Shown here: positions 38,001 through 47,207 of the stretch, in pieces
Position numbering within the stretch: the first letter of the stretch is position 1
Layout of the letters: every line of letters begins with the position of its first letter
From: Justusliebigvirus alia
Sequence record: OZ035799.1
Strand: one strand, 5' to 3'
DNA length: 64,000 bases
Notes under the pieces: model-generated
The model's input: only the letters and a program-made list of their open reading frames with translations
What the model was told of the DNA's origin: nothing
Databases searched by the model: none
Translations under genes and position numbers: made by a program

Positions 38001-38366
38001 TTAAACGTTTTCTAAATCTTTTAAGGCATTACCCAACGTTAAAACAATAACATCGTTTGCTGCCTCTTCCCCATTAATATTGGTGAAATTTGGTGTGACA
38101 AAAGTAACCATATAAAACTCGTCCACCTGGAAGACAGCAATAACACCGTCCATCTTAACATCTTGACGAAATGAAAAACCAAGCATCTTCTCTTGCAAAG
38201 GCATATCCCCTTCCTTCATTACTGCCAGGGAGTTTTCAGGAATGTTATATTTATCTGCTCCGATGTAGATGTACGTAATGTTATCTTTATCGTGATGATA
38301 CAGGGTTGCTTTTTCCATATCTAAACCTGACAGATCAAATACGTTAATTTCTTGTGTAGTCTTCAT
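38001..38366 (-). CDS. hypothetical protein
   Basis: Track start 38441; ATG at 38366 has GGGAGAA RBS and removes overlap. Confidence 0.45.
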   Translation of the reverse strand: MKTTQEINVFDLSGLDMEKATLYHHDKDNITYIYIGADKYNIPENSLAVMKEGDMPLQEKMLGFSFRQDVKMDGVIAVFQVDEFYMVTFVTPNFTNINGEEAANDVIVLTLGNALKDLENV

Positions 38367-38730
38367 AAATATTCTCCCAAATCCAATAATCATCTGTGTA
38401 AGTAGGATGCCTTTTATCCCACTCTGTTCTAGCCCAAGCAACCGCTGCTACCAACACATCACCATGACAAGGTTGAGGTGCGCAGAAGCAAACTAAGTCT
38501 TTCCCTTCTAATTCTAACAAATCCTCAAGAGTGATTTTACCACAACGAATTTGTTCCCACAACCACTCTTTATATCTTTGTATAGTTGATCCTCGTGGTT
38601 CATCATCCTTTAACTTAAAAGGATTTGCAAACTTTGAGGCTTTTAACCCCATATGAGGCATAGCTCTGCCAATGTACACTGCACCTTCAGGTATTACTTT
38701 ACCTAAGTGGTAAAAATTTAATACTTTCAT
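38344..38730 (-). CDS. hypothetical protein (DUF4326-like pattern)
   Basis: Track start is TTG at 38754; first in-frame ATG at 38730. Confidence 0.4.
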   Translation of the reverse strand: MKVLNFYHLGKVIPEGAVYIGRAMPHMGLKASKFANPFKLKDDEPRGSTIQRYKEWLWEQIRCGKITLEDLLELEGKDLVCFCAPQPCHGDVLVAAVAWARTEWDKRHPTYTDDYWIWENIYEDYTRN

Positions 38731-38731
38731 A

Positions 38732-39082
38732 TTAACCCAAACACATCTGTGCAATCAAGCCCTGTATAAATTTATTAGCTTCTTTACTGTCGTAGTCAGT
38801 CTCTTCTGGATATCCATCTTCATCGTACACAACTGTACCTTCAATATACCCTGCCTCAATTAAGGCGCGGATCATATCAAATTGCCAGCATGAGTTACCA
38901 AATGGACGTTTACCATTAAAACACTCTTCTTCTCTCCATAACGTAGAGAGTAGTTGTCGGAAATATTCCCGTACAGTGACAGTACCAAGATCTGAATCCT
39001 CAAACATAACATCCAGGGCATCAGGATTGCTTTTCTCTACATAAGGGATATATTTAACACCATTAATAGTTACATCAAGCAT
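38732..39082 (-). CDS. hypothetical protein
   Basis: 116-aa ORF; AAGGAGAA RBS. Confidence 0.5.
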   Translation of the reverse strand: MLDVTINGVKYIPYVEKSNPDALDVMFEDSDLGTVTVREYFRQLLSTLWREEECFNGKRPFGNSCWQFDMIRALIEAGYIEGTVVYDEDGYPEETDYDSKEANKFIQGLIAQMCLG

Positions 39083-39445
39083 TTATTTCTCCTTATCATC
39101 ATATTCTAAGAACATATCTGCACGATATGCTTTACGCTCTTCAAACTTAGCAGGATCTACAACAATAAGCAATACAAGGTTAACATCTAAATACTTCTTA
39201 ACAAATAGAAATAAATCTTTTCCACAGTTAAAACCTACACCAGTATAGGCATCCCCATATTGATCTACTGATTTAATCTTCTTACTAACCGTACATTCTA
39301 TGCTATTCTTTTCTTCTTGGTATAAGGCTTTCCCACCCCAATATGTAAAGAATTTAGTACCGTCAGCACCAAGTTTAAAACCTTCTGTTGCATGCCCAGC
39401 AAATGAAAGTAAACATAACCAAGTGATCATCAGGTACTTTAGCAT
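39083..39445 (-). CDS. secreted/periplasmic protein with signal peptide
   Basis: ATG at 39445 gives signal peptide MLKYLMITWLCLLSFAGHA; track start is upstream GTG. Confidence 0.45.
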   Translation of the reverse strand: MLKYLMITWLCLLSFAGHATEGFKLGADGTKFFTYWGGKALYQEEKNSIECTVSKKIKSVDQYGDAYTGVGFNCGKDLFLFVKKYLDVNLVLLIVVDPAKFEERKAYRADMFLEYDDKEK

Positions 39446-39446
39446 T

Positions 39447-39929
39447 TTAACCACCCAATTGCAAATGTTTAGAAAGAACAATATCCCACTGATCACCACA
39501 ACCGTTATCTATGCGGAACATAATGTACGTATCATCTTCTTCTACGACATATAACACCTCATAGGAATTACAACAGCCTTCCCAATTTTTAACAGCCTCT
39601 GGTGTATCATGTGTAAAAATTTCATTACCATCATATGACCAAAACAAAGGGGTGAGGTTTTCGAACGTCAGTGAAGTAGGGTTTACTTCATCTTTAACTG
39701 CTTCCTCGTATTCTTTATGCGTTTGTACTGCTTTAGTTAGTGTACTCATGTCTATCTCCTTTTCTCCTTCTTGACTATGGAGGATAGCGAACTCTCTAAA
39801 CTCCACTTCACGCCATGTTTTCAGGTAGTGCTTTATAATTTTATCAACATCTACCTGTTCAACATTACTTTTCAAGCAATAGTAATCATGGTCTTCGCCC
39901 ATTCTACCCCATATGCTGTACATTGTCAT
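39447..39929 (-). CDS. hypothetical protein
   Basis: 160-aa ORF. Confidence 0.45.
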   Translation of the reverse strand: MTMYSIWGRMGEDHDYYCLKSNVEQVDVDKIIKHYLKTWREVEFREFAILHSQEGEKEIDMSTLTKAVQTHKEYEEAVKDEVNPTSLTFENLTPLFWSYDGNEIFTHDTPEAVKNWEGCCNSYEVLYVVEEDDTYIMFRIDNGCGDQWDIVLSKHLQLGG

Positions 39930-40197
39930 CTGATTGATCCTTTACATTGCTCTTGGTATACACAGGAATAACATCGTCGTGATCTTTATTACTTTCATCT
40001 GTTAAAGCCCAAAACAATTTACCTGCTGGATGTTTAAAGATGTAAGCAATAGGTTCCTTTTCCTGGGCTTCTTTGCTACGGATACCATCCCGCCAGGCAA
40101 GCCAAGTGTAGATCATCATTTCTTGACGCTCTTCTTCGTTAGGCCACATATGTGGTGGGAAGTTTTTATCAAACCATTGCTTAAATTCTTCAGTCAT
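39904..40197 (-). CDS. hypothetical protein
   Basis: 97-aa ORF; AAGGAG RBS. Confidence 0.5.
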   Translation of the reverse strand: MTEEFKQWFDKNFPPHMWPNEEERQEMMIYTWLAWRDGIRSKEAQEKEPIAYIFKHPAGKLFWALTDESNKDHDDVIPVYTKSNVKDQSDDNVQHMG

Positions 40198-40207
40198 AAT
40201 CTACTCC

Positions 40208-40372
40208 TTAGCGTACAAAGTTAACTTCTGCTTCTTTCAGTTTTGACACTTCTACATAACCACCATGATCATCTTTAATCCATTCTTTTCCTTTACGGAT
40301 GATAACAGGATATGTAGAGTGAGTAAGTTTAGGTACAGATCTTTTTGTTTTAGTGATAGAAATGTTTTGCAT
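40208..40372 (-). CDS. small hypothetical protein (54 aa)
   Basis: Not in track; ATG after AAGGAGACT; stop 10 nt before next gene. Confidence 0.4.
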   Translation of the reverse strand: MQNISITKTKRSVPKLTHSTYPVIIRKGKEWIKDDHGGYVEVSKLKEAEVNFVR

Positions 40373-40432
40373 AGTAGTCTCCTTAGTAAATTTTACATAG
40401 AGTCTAGATTATTTAGTAGATAGAGTCAATAA

Positions 40433-40699
40433 CTAATTACTGTTAGATCTGTATTCTGTCTTCCATTCACAATGGTAAACTTCAACAGGTTCTAACTTCC
40501 AATGTTCAGGAACTAGTTCAGGACAATATCTACAAAAGAGAAATAGATAGATAACTAAGACAGGTATTAAATAGTAAAATGGTATACGATCATAACCATA
40601 CTTACGAGATAACATGTAGACATATAGATAGGGTATAACAATTAATCCTATAACTATAAGTAAGAAGAGAAGTATAAACCTTAGTGTAGTAACATCCAT
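40433..40699 (-). CDS. small membrane protein
   Basis: 88 aa, two hydrophobic helices; AGGAGAA RBS. Confidence 0.5.
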   Translation of the reverse strand: MDVTTLRFILLFLLIVIGLIVIPYLYVYMLSRKYGYDRIPFYYLIPVLVIYLFLFCRYCPELVPEHWKLEPVEVYHCEWKTEYRSNSN

Positions 40700-40863
40700 A
40701 GTATTCTCCTATACAGTAATATACTCTGTTCCTGCCCCTCCATGAGTGACAGGAACAATATCTATAGAGAATACTAACTCGCTTCGCTCGTCACCTTTCA
40801 GGTTTAGGGTAGCATGTTTTTCTGAAAAAGTCAATACTCTCCACAAAACTTTACAAAATACTT

Positions 40864-41136
40864 TTACATAGGTACAACAGAGTCTGTTTTGAAGTCGTAC
40901 ATATGATTTACACCTGTGATTTTTGACATAGAGATTGCACGTTTAGCACCTGCAATTACCTGGTCTGTCTTCTTAATCTCTTCACGGAACTTACGTACAG
41001 TTAAAGAGAAGAAACGATGATCCATCCATTGACGATTCACACGATCACGCTTGAAGTGACGGAAATCTTCAATCTGTTTATTGCGCAATCGGCGCAGTAC
41101 ATGCAATAGTTGATAGTAAGGGTGTTTATTTTTCAT
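40864..41136 (-). CDS. hypothetical basic protein
   Basis: 90-aa ORF; GGAGAA RBS. Confidence 0.5.
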   Translation of the reverse strand: MKNKHPYYQLLHVLRRLRNKQIEDFRHFKRDRVNRQWMDHRFFSLTVRKFREEIKKTDQVIAGAKRAISMSKITGVNHMYDFKTDSVVPM

Positions 41137-41139
41137 AAA

Positions 41140-41568
41140 TTATTCTCCAAATCGAAAGTCGTCAATATCATCAAACCATACACAATGGCGAGTCCTTTCT
41201 TTTTCTGTTGCAGATATTGTTTCAACAGCTTTAGGACTAAGCACAACAGGAATGTAACGAATAGGTCGTTCATAATAGTAGCCATACTTTTCTGTATTAG
41301 CTGCCTCAAAGACTTTACGGCGTTCTTCAAGATCTTCTATGGTGAATCCTACCATATAACCATCATGTTTGCTACCCCATCCTTCCTCACTTTCAACAAT
41401 TGGGATATAAAAGCCGTTACGCGTCCCTGACGCTGGTTTTTCTTGAGCCTGAAGGCAAGCCTCCCATCCTGCTTTAAAGACGTTATAGAGCGATTTACGC
41501 ACGTTATGAGTGCCGCTTTCGCTTGCTGGATAGAGTTCATTAAATTTATCTTGGATTTGTTGTGTCAT
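41140..41568 (-). CDS. hypothetical protein
   Basis: 142-aa ORF; AAGGGG RBS. Confidence 0.5.
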   Translation of the reverse strand: MTQQIQDKFNELYPASESGTHNVRKSLYNVFKAGWEACLQAQEKPASGTRNGFYIPIVESEEGWGSKHDGYMVGFTIEDLEERRKVFEAANTEKYGYYYERPIRYIPVVLSPKAVETISATEKERTRHCVWFDDIDDFRFGE

Positions 41569-41711
41569 ACTCGCCCCTTAGTGATTATTTGACCAGCTAA
41601 ACAAATAGCTTGTAGTACAATAAAGAAGTAGCCTAATTTTACACTACCCAATACCCAGAATGCAATGTTTGCAAACAAACAAAAAGCAATATTAAGTCTA
41701 AAGAATAACAT

Positions 41712-41912
41712 TTAATCCCCTTCATATTTAGGTAAAGGCATATATGCCACAATAGGAGGGTAATCAAAGTGAAAATGATGGTTCACCACAATAATCTTAC
41801 CAGACATACTTTTATGCACTTCACAATACCCTTTTTCACCATCTTCCATTACCACCACATACTCACCTAGTGGGATATCGTATGGATCTTCTACTTTTAC
41901 CCATTCTGTCAT
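41712..41912 (-). CDS. hypothetical protein
   Basis: 66-aa ORF; ATGA overlap with upstream gene. Confidence 0.45.
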   Translation of the reverse strand: MTEWVKVEDPYDIPLGEYVVVMEDGEKGYCEVHKSMSGKIIVVNHHFHFDYPPIVAYMPLPKYEGD

Positions 41913-42178
41913 TTTGGAAACACCTCTTGTCCATCTTCATGCATTTGTAGTAAAGTTTCACAGATTTCATACACATCTTGATATGTTACAACTGAGAGAT
42001 CAGATTCTTGATCTTCGACAAGCATAGCACAAAGAGCTTTAATGTCAATACCTTTACAATGTTCCGTAGCTATACGGTACATTTCACCATCCTCCCAAAC
42101 AATTGGTTGCGGAAGCAAAACGTCTGTACCATCTTCACAAGTTACAATGTAGTCTGCAATATTATCACGAATTTTCAT
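41909..42178 (-). CDS. hypothetical protein
   Basis: 89-aa ORF; AAGGGGG RBS; ATGA overlap. Confidence 0.45.
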   Translation of the reverse strand: MKIRDNIADYIVTCEDGTDVLLPQPIVWEDGEMYRIATEHCKGIDIKALCAMLVEDQESDLSVVTYQDVYEICETLLQMHEDGQEVFPK

Positions 42179-42432
42179 TGTACTACCCCCTTAAATCCAG
42201 ATGTGCTGCCAGTTTTAACTTTTGCTTTAAGATGTTCCAACTCTACCATAGGTGTTGCTACTTGTATAGGATTTTCCTCAACCTCATGAATATAATATTC
42301 ATAATAAGCATACTTACCAATAGAGTGCAGATACTTAATGGCATGTTCAGGCGAATCTGCTTCGACATACCCTAAATCTTTTGTGGTACGACCTTCACAA
42401 TCACCTTCGGTAGTTACATGATAAAGTGTCAT
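42175..42432 (-). CDS. hypothetical protein
   Basis: 85-aa ORF; GAGGAGG RBS. Confidence 0.5.
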   Translation of the reverse strand: MTLYHVTTEGDCEGRTTKDLGYVEADSPEHAIKYLHSIGKYAYYEYYIHEVEENPIQVATPMVELEHLKAKVKTGSTSGFKGVVQ

Positions 42433-42581
42433 AAAACCTCCTCATAGTAAGGTAAAGCCTTGATCAGTTGTTCTGAAGTGCCATTTTGTACCCACGTAAC
42501 ACCATTGTCAACAGAAACATACCCTTTTTTGTCAATAAATTTACGCAGACAGCCAGTGAACTTATTTTTGTAGATAACCAT
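42429..42581 (-). CDS. small hypothetical protein (50 aa)
   Basis: Not in track; ATG after AAGGAG; TGA overlaps next ATG. Confidence 0.4.
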   Translation of the reverse strand: MVIYKNKFTGCLRKFIDKKGYVSVDNGVTWVQNGTSEQLIKALPYYEEVL

Positions 42582-42593
42582 CTTTACTCCTTG

Positions 42594-42947
42594 TTACATC
42601 CACAGATTATGGAAATACTTAGCAAACAAAATGCGACCTTCTAAACGATCTTGCCGCTGCTTTTCATTAACTTCTTCTGGTGGAGTTGAGTCCTTAAAAG
42701 AAGACTCCATTTTTTCAAGAATTTCTAACCAGTGCTCTGATGCTCGTTCTTCCATATAAGGTAGATAGTCACCTTTAGCGTGTGGGTACATCCGACGAAG
42801 TAACCCACTAGGAATTTTAACATTATTTGTGGCTATCACTTTTGCACGATATGCAGAAAGTGCATTGTAGATCAGTTTACTTAGTGTCACATCTAAATCA
42901 AGAAGATCACTCTCTTCAAATTGAATTTCATCGTGTACAATTTTCAT
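42594..42947 (-). CDS. hypothetical protein
   Basis: 117-aa ORF; AAAGGAGAG RBS. Confidence 0.5.
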   Translation of the reverse strand: MKIVHDEIQFEESDLLDLDVTLSKLIYNALSAYRAKVIATNNVKIPSGLLRRMYPHAKGDYLPYMEERASEHWLEILEKMESSFKDSTPPEEVNEKQRQDRLEGRILFAKYFHNLWM

Positions 42948-42958
42948 ATCACTCTCCT

Positions 42959-43249
42959 TTATAGTAAAACACGTTTTGCACTGCTTGGTGCATTGTCGAA
43001 CATGTTTATCACTTTGTCAAGTTTGTGTATTAACTCGTTCGTAATGTTCCACTCTTTGTATGATCTCCATTGTTTCTTATTCTCACCTACCTGGTGTAAA
43101 ACTTTGATTGGTGCATTCAAACGTACATTGCGTTCTTTGTCCTCTTCAAAAGAGGCTAACCATTTTTCGTTATGCCCATGAACAGCAATAATAATGCCAA
43201 AACCATCAAAAGTTTCTGTAATATTCTTAGTTGCTAGTGTGATGTTCAT
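42959..43249 (-). CDS. hypothetical protein (first gene of leftward block)
   Basis: 96-aa ORF; AGAGGT RBS; divergent intergenic region upstream. Confidence 0.5.
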   Translation of the reverse strand: MNITLATKNITETFDGFGIIIAVHGHNEKWLASFEEDKERNVRLNAPIKVLHQVGENKKQWRSYKEWNITNELIHKLDKVINMFDNAPSSAKRVLL

Positions 43250-43312
43250 ATCTAACCTCTTTTGTTACGATACACACACACAGAGTACCAGAAATTAATT
43301 TCAGATCAAGTA

Positions 43313-43341
43313 TTGACATACTGTTTTATTGTGCTAATCTT
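43313..43341 (+). promoter_or_regulatory. putative sigma70 promoter (TTGACA-N17-AATCTT) in divergent intergenic region
   Basis: Perfect -35 hexamer, weak -10; 30 nt upstream of RBS/ATG at 43373. Confidence 0.3.
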
Positions 43342-43372
43342 AATGCATACACAAATGAGAGGAGATAAACGA

Positions 43373-43924
43373 ATGCAAAACATCGATCTTACTTGGATAG
43401 AAGCCAAAGAAGCAATGTTAAAAGGCAAACGCGTTAAACATAAATACTTCTGCGAAGGAGAATGGTTTGAAATGCGTAACCGATCCATTGTAGATGAAAA
43501 AGGGAATGACATGCAACAATGGTTCAAAAATGAAATTTGGCAGGGAACAGGTTGGTCTGTAGTTGAAGAGCAGCCTAGCTCAAGCGCACTGTTTAGCCCT
43601 ACTATGTATCGCGTTATCGGTGCTTTAGTTGTTGATCACGGAATTGCAGTGGAAAAAGAATGCTGGGAAGAGGTATCTTTTTTCAACCTGGCTTCTTATG
43701 CAAAAAGCCATATGCACTTGTTTGAAGAAGGGGATGAATTTGTTCTTCGTATGCGATACGGCAAAGAATTCAGATTACCACTTGATAACGATGTAGACAC
43801 TGTTGTAAAATGGTTAGCAGAGCATTATGCTTACGATGCAATTTGTGGTCGCAGCTTCGGCAACGAACGCTGGGACATGATTTGTGAAAAATATGATTTT
43901 GAGCCGGAGTACGGAGTTTTATAA
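43373..43924 (+). CDS. hypothetical protein
   Basis: Track ORF 43262..43924 starts at TTG upstream of promoter; ATG at 43373 follows GAGAGGAG. Confidence 0.55.
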   Translation: MQNIDLTWIEAKEAMLKGKRVKHKYFCEGEWFEMRNRSIVDEKGNDMQQWFKNEIWQGTGWSVVEEQPSSSALFSPTMYRVIGALVVDHGIAVEKECWEEVSFFNLASYAKSHMHLFEEGDEFVLRMRYGKEFRLPLDNDVDTVVKWLAEHYAYDAICGRSFGNERWDMICEKYDFEPEYGVL

Positions 43925-44175
43925 TGTTAAGTATCAAACCTAAAATGATAACAGAAGACGAAGCAGACTTTATTTTCAAATGTGGACGTGTATGGAGAGA
44001 ATTCACAAAAGGGAATGAAGTAGTGGTTGTTGTCGAACACAAGATATCTATTCAGGATCTGTTTGGACAATATGTTGATGTTATTAAATTAGGTATTGAC
44101 AAGGGTTTAGTTGAGGTGTTAACATTAGATCAAGTTGAAGCAGAGCACCTCGATAAAGTGGTGGTTGAATTTTAA
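43924..44175 (+). CDS. hypothetical protein
   Basis: 83-aa ORF; start overlaps upstream stop (TAATG). Confidence 0.5.
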   Translation: MLSIKPKMITEDEADFIFKCGRVWREFTKGNEVVVVVEHKISIQDLFGQYVDVIKLGIDKGLVEVLTLDQVEAEHLDKVVVEF

Positions 44176-44195
44176 AATACAGACGGGAGAAAGGT

Positions 44196-44369
44196 ATGAG
44201 TTTCTTTGTTACAGTATTTATGGCTATCTGGATTGTAGTCTCACTCGTTCTTTTCCTGGTGGGTTGTCTGGAAGAGATTAAGAAAGCGGTTATTTGCGGT
44301 TTCTTTGGCTTTATTATCTCTCCTGCCTGGATGTGGTTCTTCATTATGATTGGTTTCCTTAAAAGGTAA
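44196..44369 (+). CDS. small membrane protein (57 aa)
   Basis: Not in track; ATG after GGGAGAAAGG; two hydrophobic segments. Confidence 0.4.
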   Translation: MSFFVTVFMAIWIVVSLVLFLVGCLEEIKKAVICGFFGFIISPAWMWFFIMIGFLKR

Positions 44370-44383
44370 GTGAGGAATAAAGA

Positions 44384-44821
44384 ATGAGTAAAACAAACGC
44401 AATCGCAGATAAAGCAACGGATGTACTTCTGAACATGGTTAACGTCACTATTCAAACAATGAGTGATGTTGTGGAGTTTGGAAAACAACAAATTCCAGAA
44501 GTAATCCATCAATTATTAGTGTGGAAAGCAGTATCCGCAGGTTTATGGCAACTTTTTAGTATTTGCTTTATGGTTATTACTTTTATTGCTGTGCGGAACC
44601 TCGTAAAAGCAATTAAAGATAAAGAATGCCTGTGGTCACGAGATCGCTATGGTGAAGTATCTGCTTTACCTATTGTTGGCCTTGTTGTCTGTGCTTTCTT
44701 TTTCTTTTTAGGATTTGTTATTTTCTTTTCGAATTTTGATTGGCTAAAAATCATTATTGCACCAAAAGTGTATCTGATTGAATTTGCTGCTGATTTAATT
44801 CGTTCATCTCAACAAAAATAA
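44384..44821 (+). CDS. membrane protein
   Basis: 145 aa; GAGGA RBS; hydrophobic helices. Confidence 0.5.
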   Translation: MSKTNAIADKATDVLLNMVNVTIQTMSDVVEFGKQQIPEVIHQLLVWKAVSAGLWQLFSICFMVITFIAVRNLVKAIKDKECLWSRDRYGEVSALPIVGLVVCAFFFFLGFVIFFSNFDWLKIIIAPKVYLIEFAADLIRSSQQK

Positions 44822-44832
44822 AAGGGGTTAAA

Positions 44833-45960
44833 ATGAAATACACGATTTATGGTGATATTGTAAGTGTAAATAAAGATATGGGCGTGGAATCTAACTATCT
44901 TCCACCTGGATTCTATACTGTTAGTCGTGATCCCCTTGGCAATTACTTTTTAAGCCGTGGTAATCTAACAGGTGTACCGGATGTTCTGTATGGTGAAACA
45001 GAAAAACGAGCAAATCACGTTATTCGTACATTCCATCGCCGGAGTGCACAAGGTAAAAATACAGGTTTGCTCCTGACAGGCACTAAGGGCAGTGGTAAAA
45101 CTATGTTAGCCAAACTCATTAGTCGTGACCTTGTAGAAGAAGGTATTCCAACTATTATGGTTACTCAAGCCTACAGTGATGCTAATTTCATTGAGCTTAT
45201 TAGCAAGATCACCGACAAAGCAGTGATTATTTTTGACGAGTTTGATAAAGTATATGAGAAGAAACAAGATCAAGAAGCACTTCTCACTTTGTTAGATGGT
45301 ACTGGCAGTGGTAATAAACTGTTTATTCTGACTAAAAACAGTGGTTTTATCTCTGAATTCTTTTTAAATCGTCCTAGTCGTGTGTTTTATAATTTTAATT
45401 ATGATAAAATCTCACTAGAAACTATGATTGACTATTTAGATAAAAACCTGGATAACAAAGCACACTTTGATAATTTCCAAAGACTTTGGGATGTAAGTTT
45501 AGAGTTGTCCTTTGATGTGATCCAAGGTATAGTAGAAGAACTTAATTTCTACCCTGATTTATCCTTTAAAGAATGCATCTCTATGATGGGCGTTTCTTTG
45601 GGTGGTGGTAATAAGTGGGATATCAGCAGCGTTGTTATTAATGGGAAACTTCAGAAAGTTAGCTGGGTATCTAGTTGGCATAACTTCACACCTGCAATCT
45701 TTTTAGGTGGCTCGTGCACACTAGACGTGTACTTGTCATCTCCAAGTGATGCAGACTCTAAAGAAGCCCTTGCTAATAGCTCTTACGTGGTTTTTGATGA
45801 TGAAGGAGATGCTCGAATTCCATTGAATGCGACAAAAATGAAAGCAGATCTTATTACAGGCGGTAAAATCGTTGTGTTTAGTGATGATCCAGAAGATTCT
45901 TTCCGTATTGTTCTGGAACCAACTATCACCAATGGTGCAACTTTGGCAAGCGTGTTTTAA
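44833..45960 (+). CDS. AAA+ ATPase (paralog B)
   Basis: 375 aa; Walker A GTKGSGKT, Walker B IIFDEFDK; many conserved blocks shared with 28140-29300 gene. Confidence 0.75.
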   Translation: MKYTIYGDIVSVNKDMGVESNYLPPGFYTVSRDPLGNYFLSRGNLTGVPDVLYGETEKRANHVIRTFHRRSAQGKNTGLLLTGTKGSGKTMLAKLISRDLVEEGIPTIMVTQAYSDANFIELISKITDKAVIIFDEFDKVYEKKQDQEALLTLLDGTGSGNKLFILTKNSGFISEFFLNRPSRVFYNFNYDKISLETMIDYLDKNLDNKAHFDNFQRLWDVSLELSFDVIQGIVEELNFYPDLSFKECISMMGVSLGGGNKWDISSVVINGKLQKVSWVSSWHNFTPAIFLGGSCTLDVYLSSPSDADSKEALANSSYVVFDDEGDARIPLNATKMKADLITGGKIVVFSDDPEDSFRIVLEPTITNGATLASVF

Positions 45961-45975
45961 GTAAGCCAGCAAATA

Positions 45976-46000
45976 AAAACCCGCTCCGGCGGGTTTTCTT
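45976..46000 (+). terminator. rho-independent terminator (CCCGC-TCCG-GCGGG + T-run)
   Basis: GC stem followed by TTTTCTT after ATPase gene. Confidence 0.5.
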
Positions 46001-46034
46001 GTATTGATGCCAGATTTAATAAGAGGAGTAATAG

Positions 46035-47207
46035 ATGACAGCACCAAAATCATGGGAACAATATAAAGAAGAATTAACACCCCTTGCTAAAAATCGCAAT
46101 ATTCAAATCCTGGGTTATGTTGGTGAATGGAAAGGGAACAAGACTAAACTTAAGCTATCTTGCCCTAAACATGGAGAGTGGAACACCACGAACATTAATG
46201 ATTTTAAGAAGGGACGTGGTTGTCCTATCTGTTCTGGTAAGAAGCCGTTAACATGGGAAACAGAATTGCCGATCTTGGAAGAGATAGCACAGAAGAGGGG
46301 GTATCAGGTGTTAGGGTACGTGGGAGAATGGAAAGGGAATAAAACAAAACTTGATTTGTTGTGTCATTGTGGTAATAAATGGGATACTACAAGTATTAAC
46401 AATTTTAAACGTGGTAGCGGTTGTCCACAATGTAAGAGGGAGAGACAAACAATGTCCGACGATCAACATATTGCAGATTTCTTTTCTACAGGGGAATTTA
46501 AGGAAGGCACTATCTTCACCAATACAGGGAAACGTAACAAGCGTGATGCAGTATGGATGGTTGAGTGTCCTGTTTGCTCCCATGATGAATATGTTCAAGC
46601 AGGTGTTTGTGATGGTAAATTTTACTCTGCAGGACATAACCTTAAACAAGGGTATATTCCGTGTCGTTGTGGGAACTATCAGTATACAGAAGACCAGATC
46701 ACCTATAGGGTAAAAAAGGAAGTAGAAGGGAAAGGGTATGTCTGGGTAGATTGGATTACCAAACCCTCTTCTATAGGTAAGTTTAAATATCTTTGTCTTG
46801 TGCATGGTGATCAGATAGGGAGTGCTCGTAATTTATTAAGCCTCGGTCAAGGTTGTCCACAGTGTGCTGGTCATAATCAACAGCAATTATATATTAATAT
46901 TGTTAAAGATAATGATATTATAGTTGCTCTTAAGTTTGGTATATCTAAAGATAGCGATAGACGATTAAACGGTCAAAATAGCCGTAATCTGTTTTTTATG
47001 GAGCGTATTTGTTTATATGATTTTAGCACAGTGAAACAATGTAAGGCTGCTGAAAGAGCTATAAAGAAAAAATTAAAAACTGGTATTTTAACGGAAAGAG
47101 AGTTGAAAGACGGTTATACAGAAACAGTAAGTGTTTCTGATTTGGAAAATCTTCAAAAAATTATTACACAATATGGTGGCAAATTAGTATACAGTAAGGA
47201 GATGTAA
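46035..47207 (+). CDS. tandem zinc-ribbon protein, possible homing-endonuclease-like/DNA-binding protein
   Basis: 390 aa; two ~45-aa repeats (LGYVGEWKGNKTKL...C..HG.W...IN.FK.G.GCP.C) plus two degenerate Cys4 units. Confidence 0.35.
   Translation: MTAPKSWEQYKEELTPLAKNRNIQILGYVGEWKGNKTKLKLSCPKHGEWNTTNINDFKKGRGCPICSGKKPLTWETELPILEEIAQKRGYQVLGYVGEWKGNKTKLDLLCHCGNKWDTTSINNFKRGSGCPQCKRERQTMSDDQHIADFFSTGEFKEGTIFTNTGKRNKRDAVWMVECPVCSHDEYVQAGVCDGKFYSAGHNLKQGYIPCRCGNYQYTEDQITYRVKKEVEGKGYVWVDWITKPSSIGKFKYLCLVHGDQIGSARNLLSLGQGCPQCAGHNQQQLYINIVKDNDIIVALKFGISKDSDRRLNGQNSRNLFFMERICLYDFSTVKQCKAAERAIKKKLKTGILTERELKDGYTETVSVSDLENLQKIITQYGGKLVYSKEM

Noticed and set aside
5253-43249. Lysogeny module (integrase, CI-like repressor, excisionase) or toxin-antitoxin pair
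   Set aside because: No tyrosine/serine recombinase motifs or HTH repressor-operator arrangement recognised; genome organisation is that of a virulent phage.
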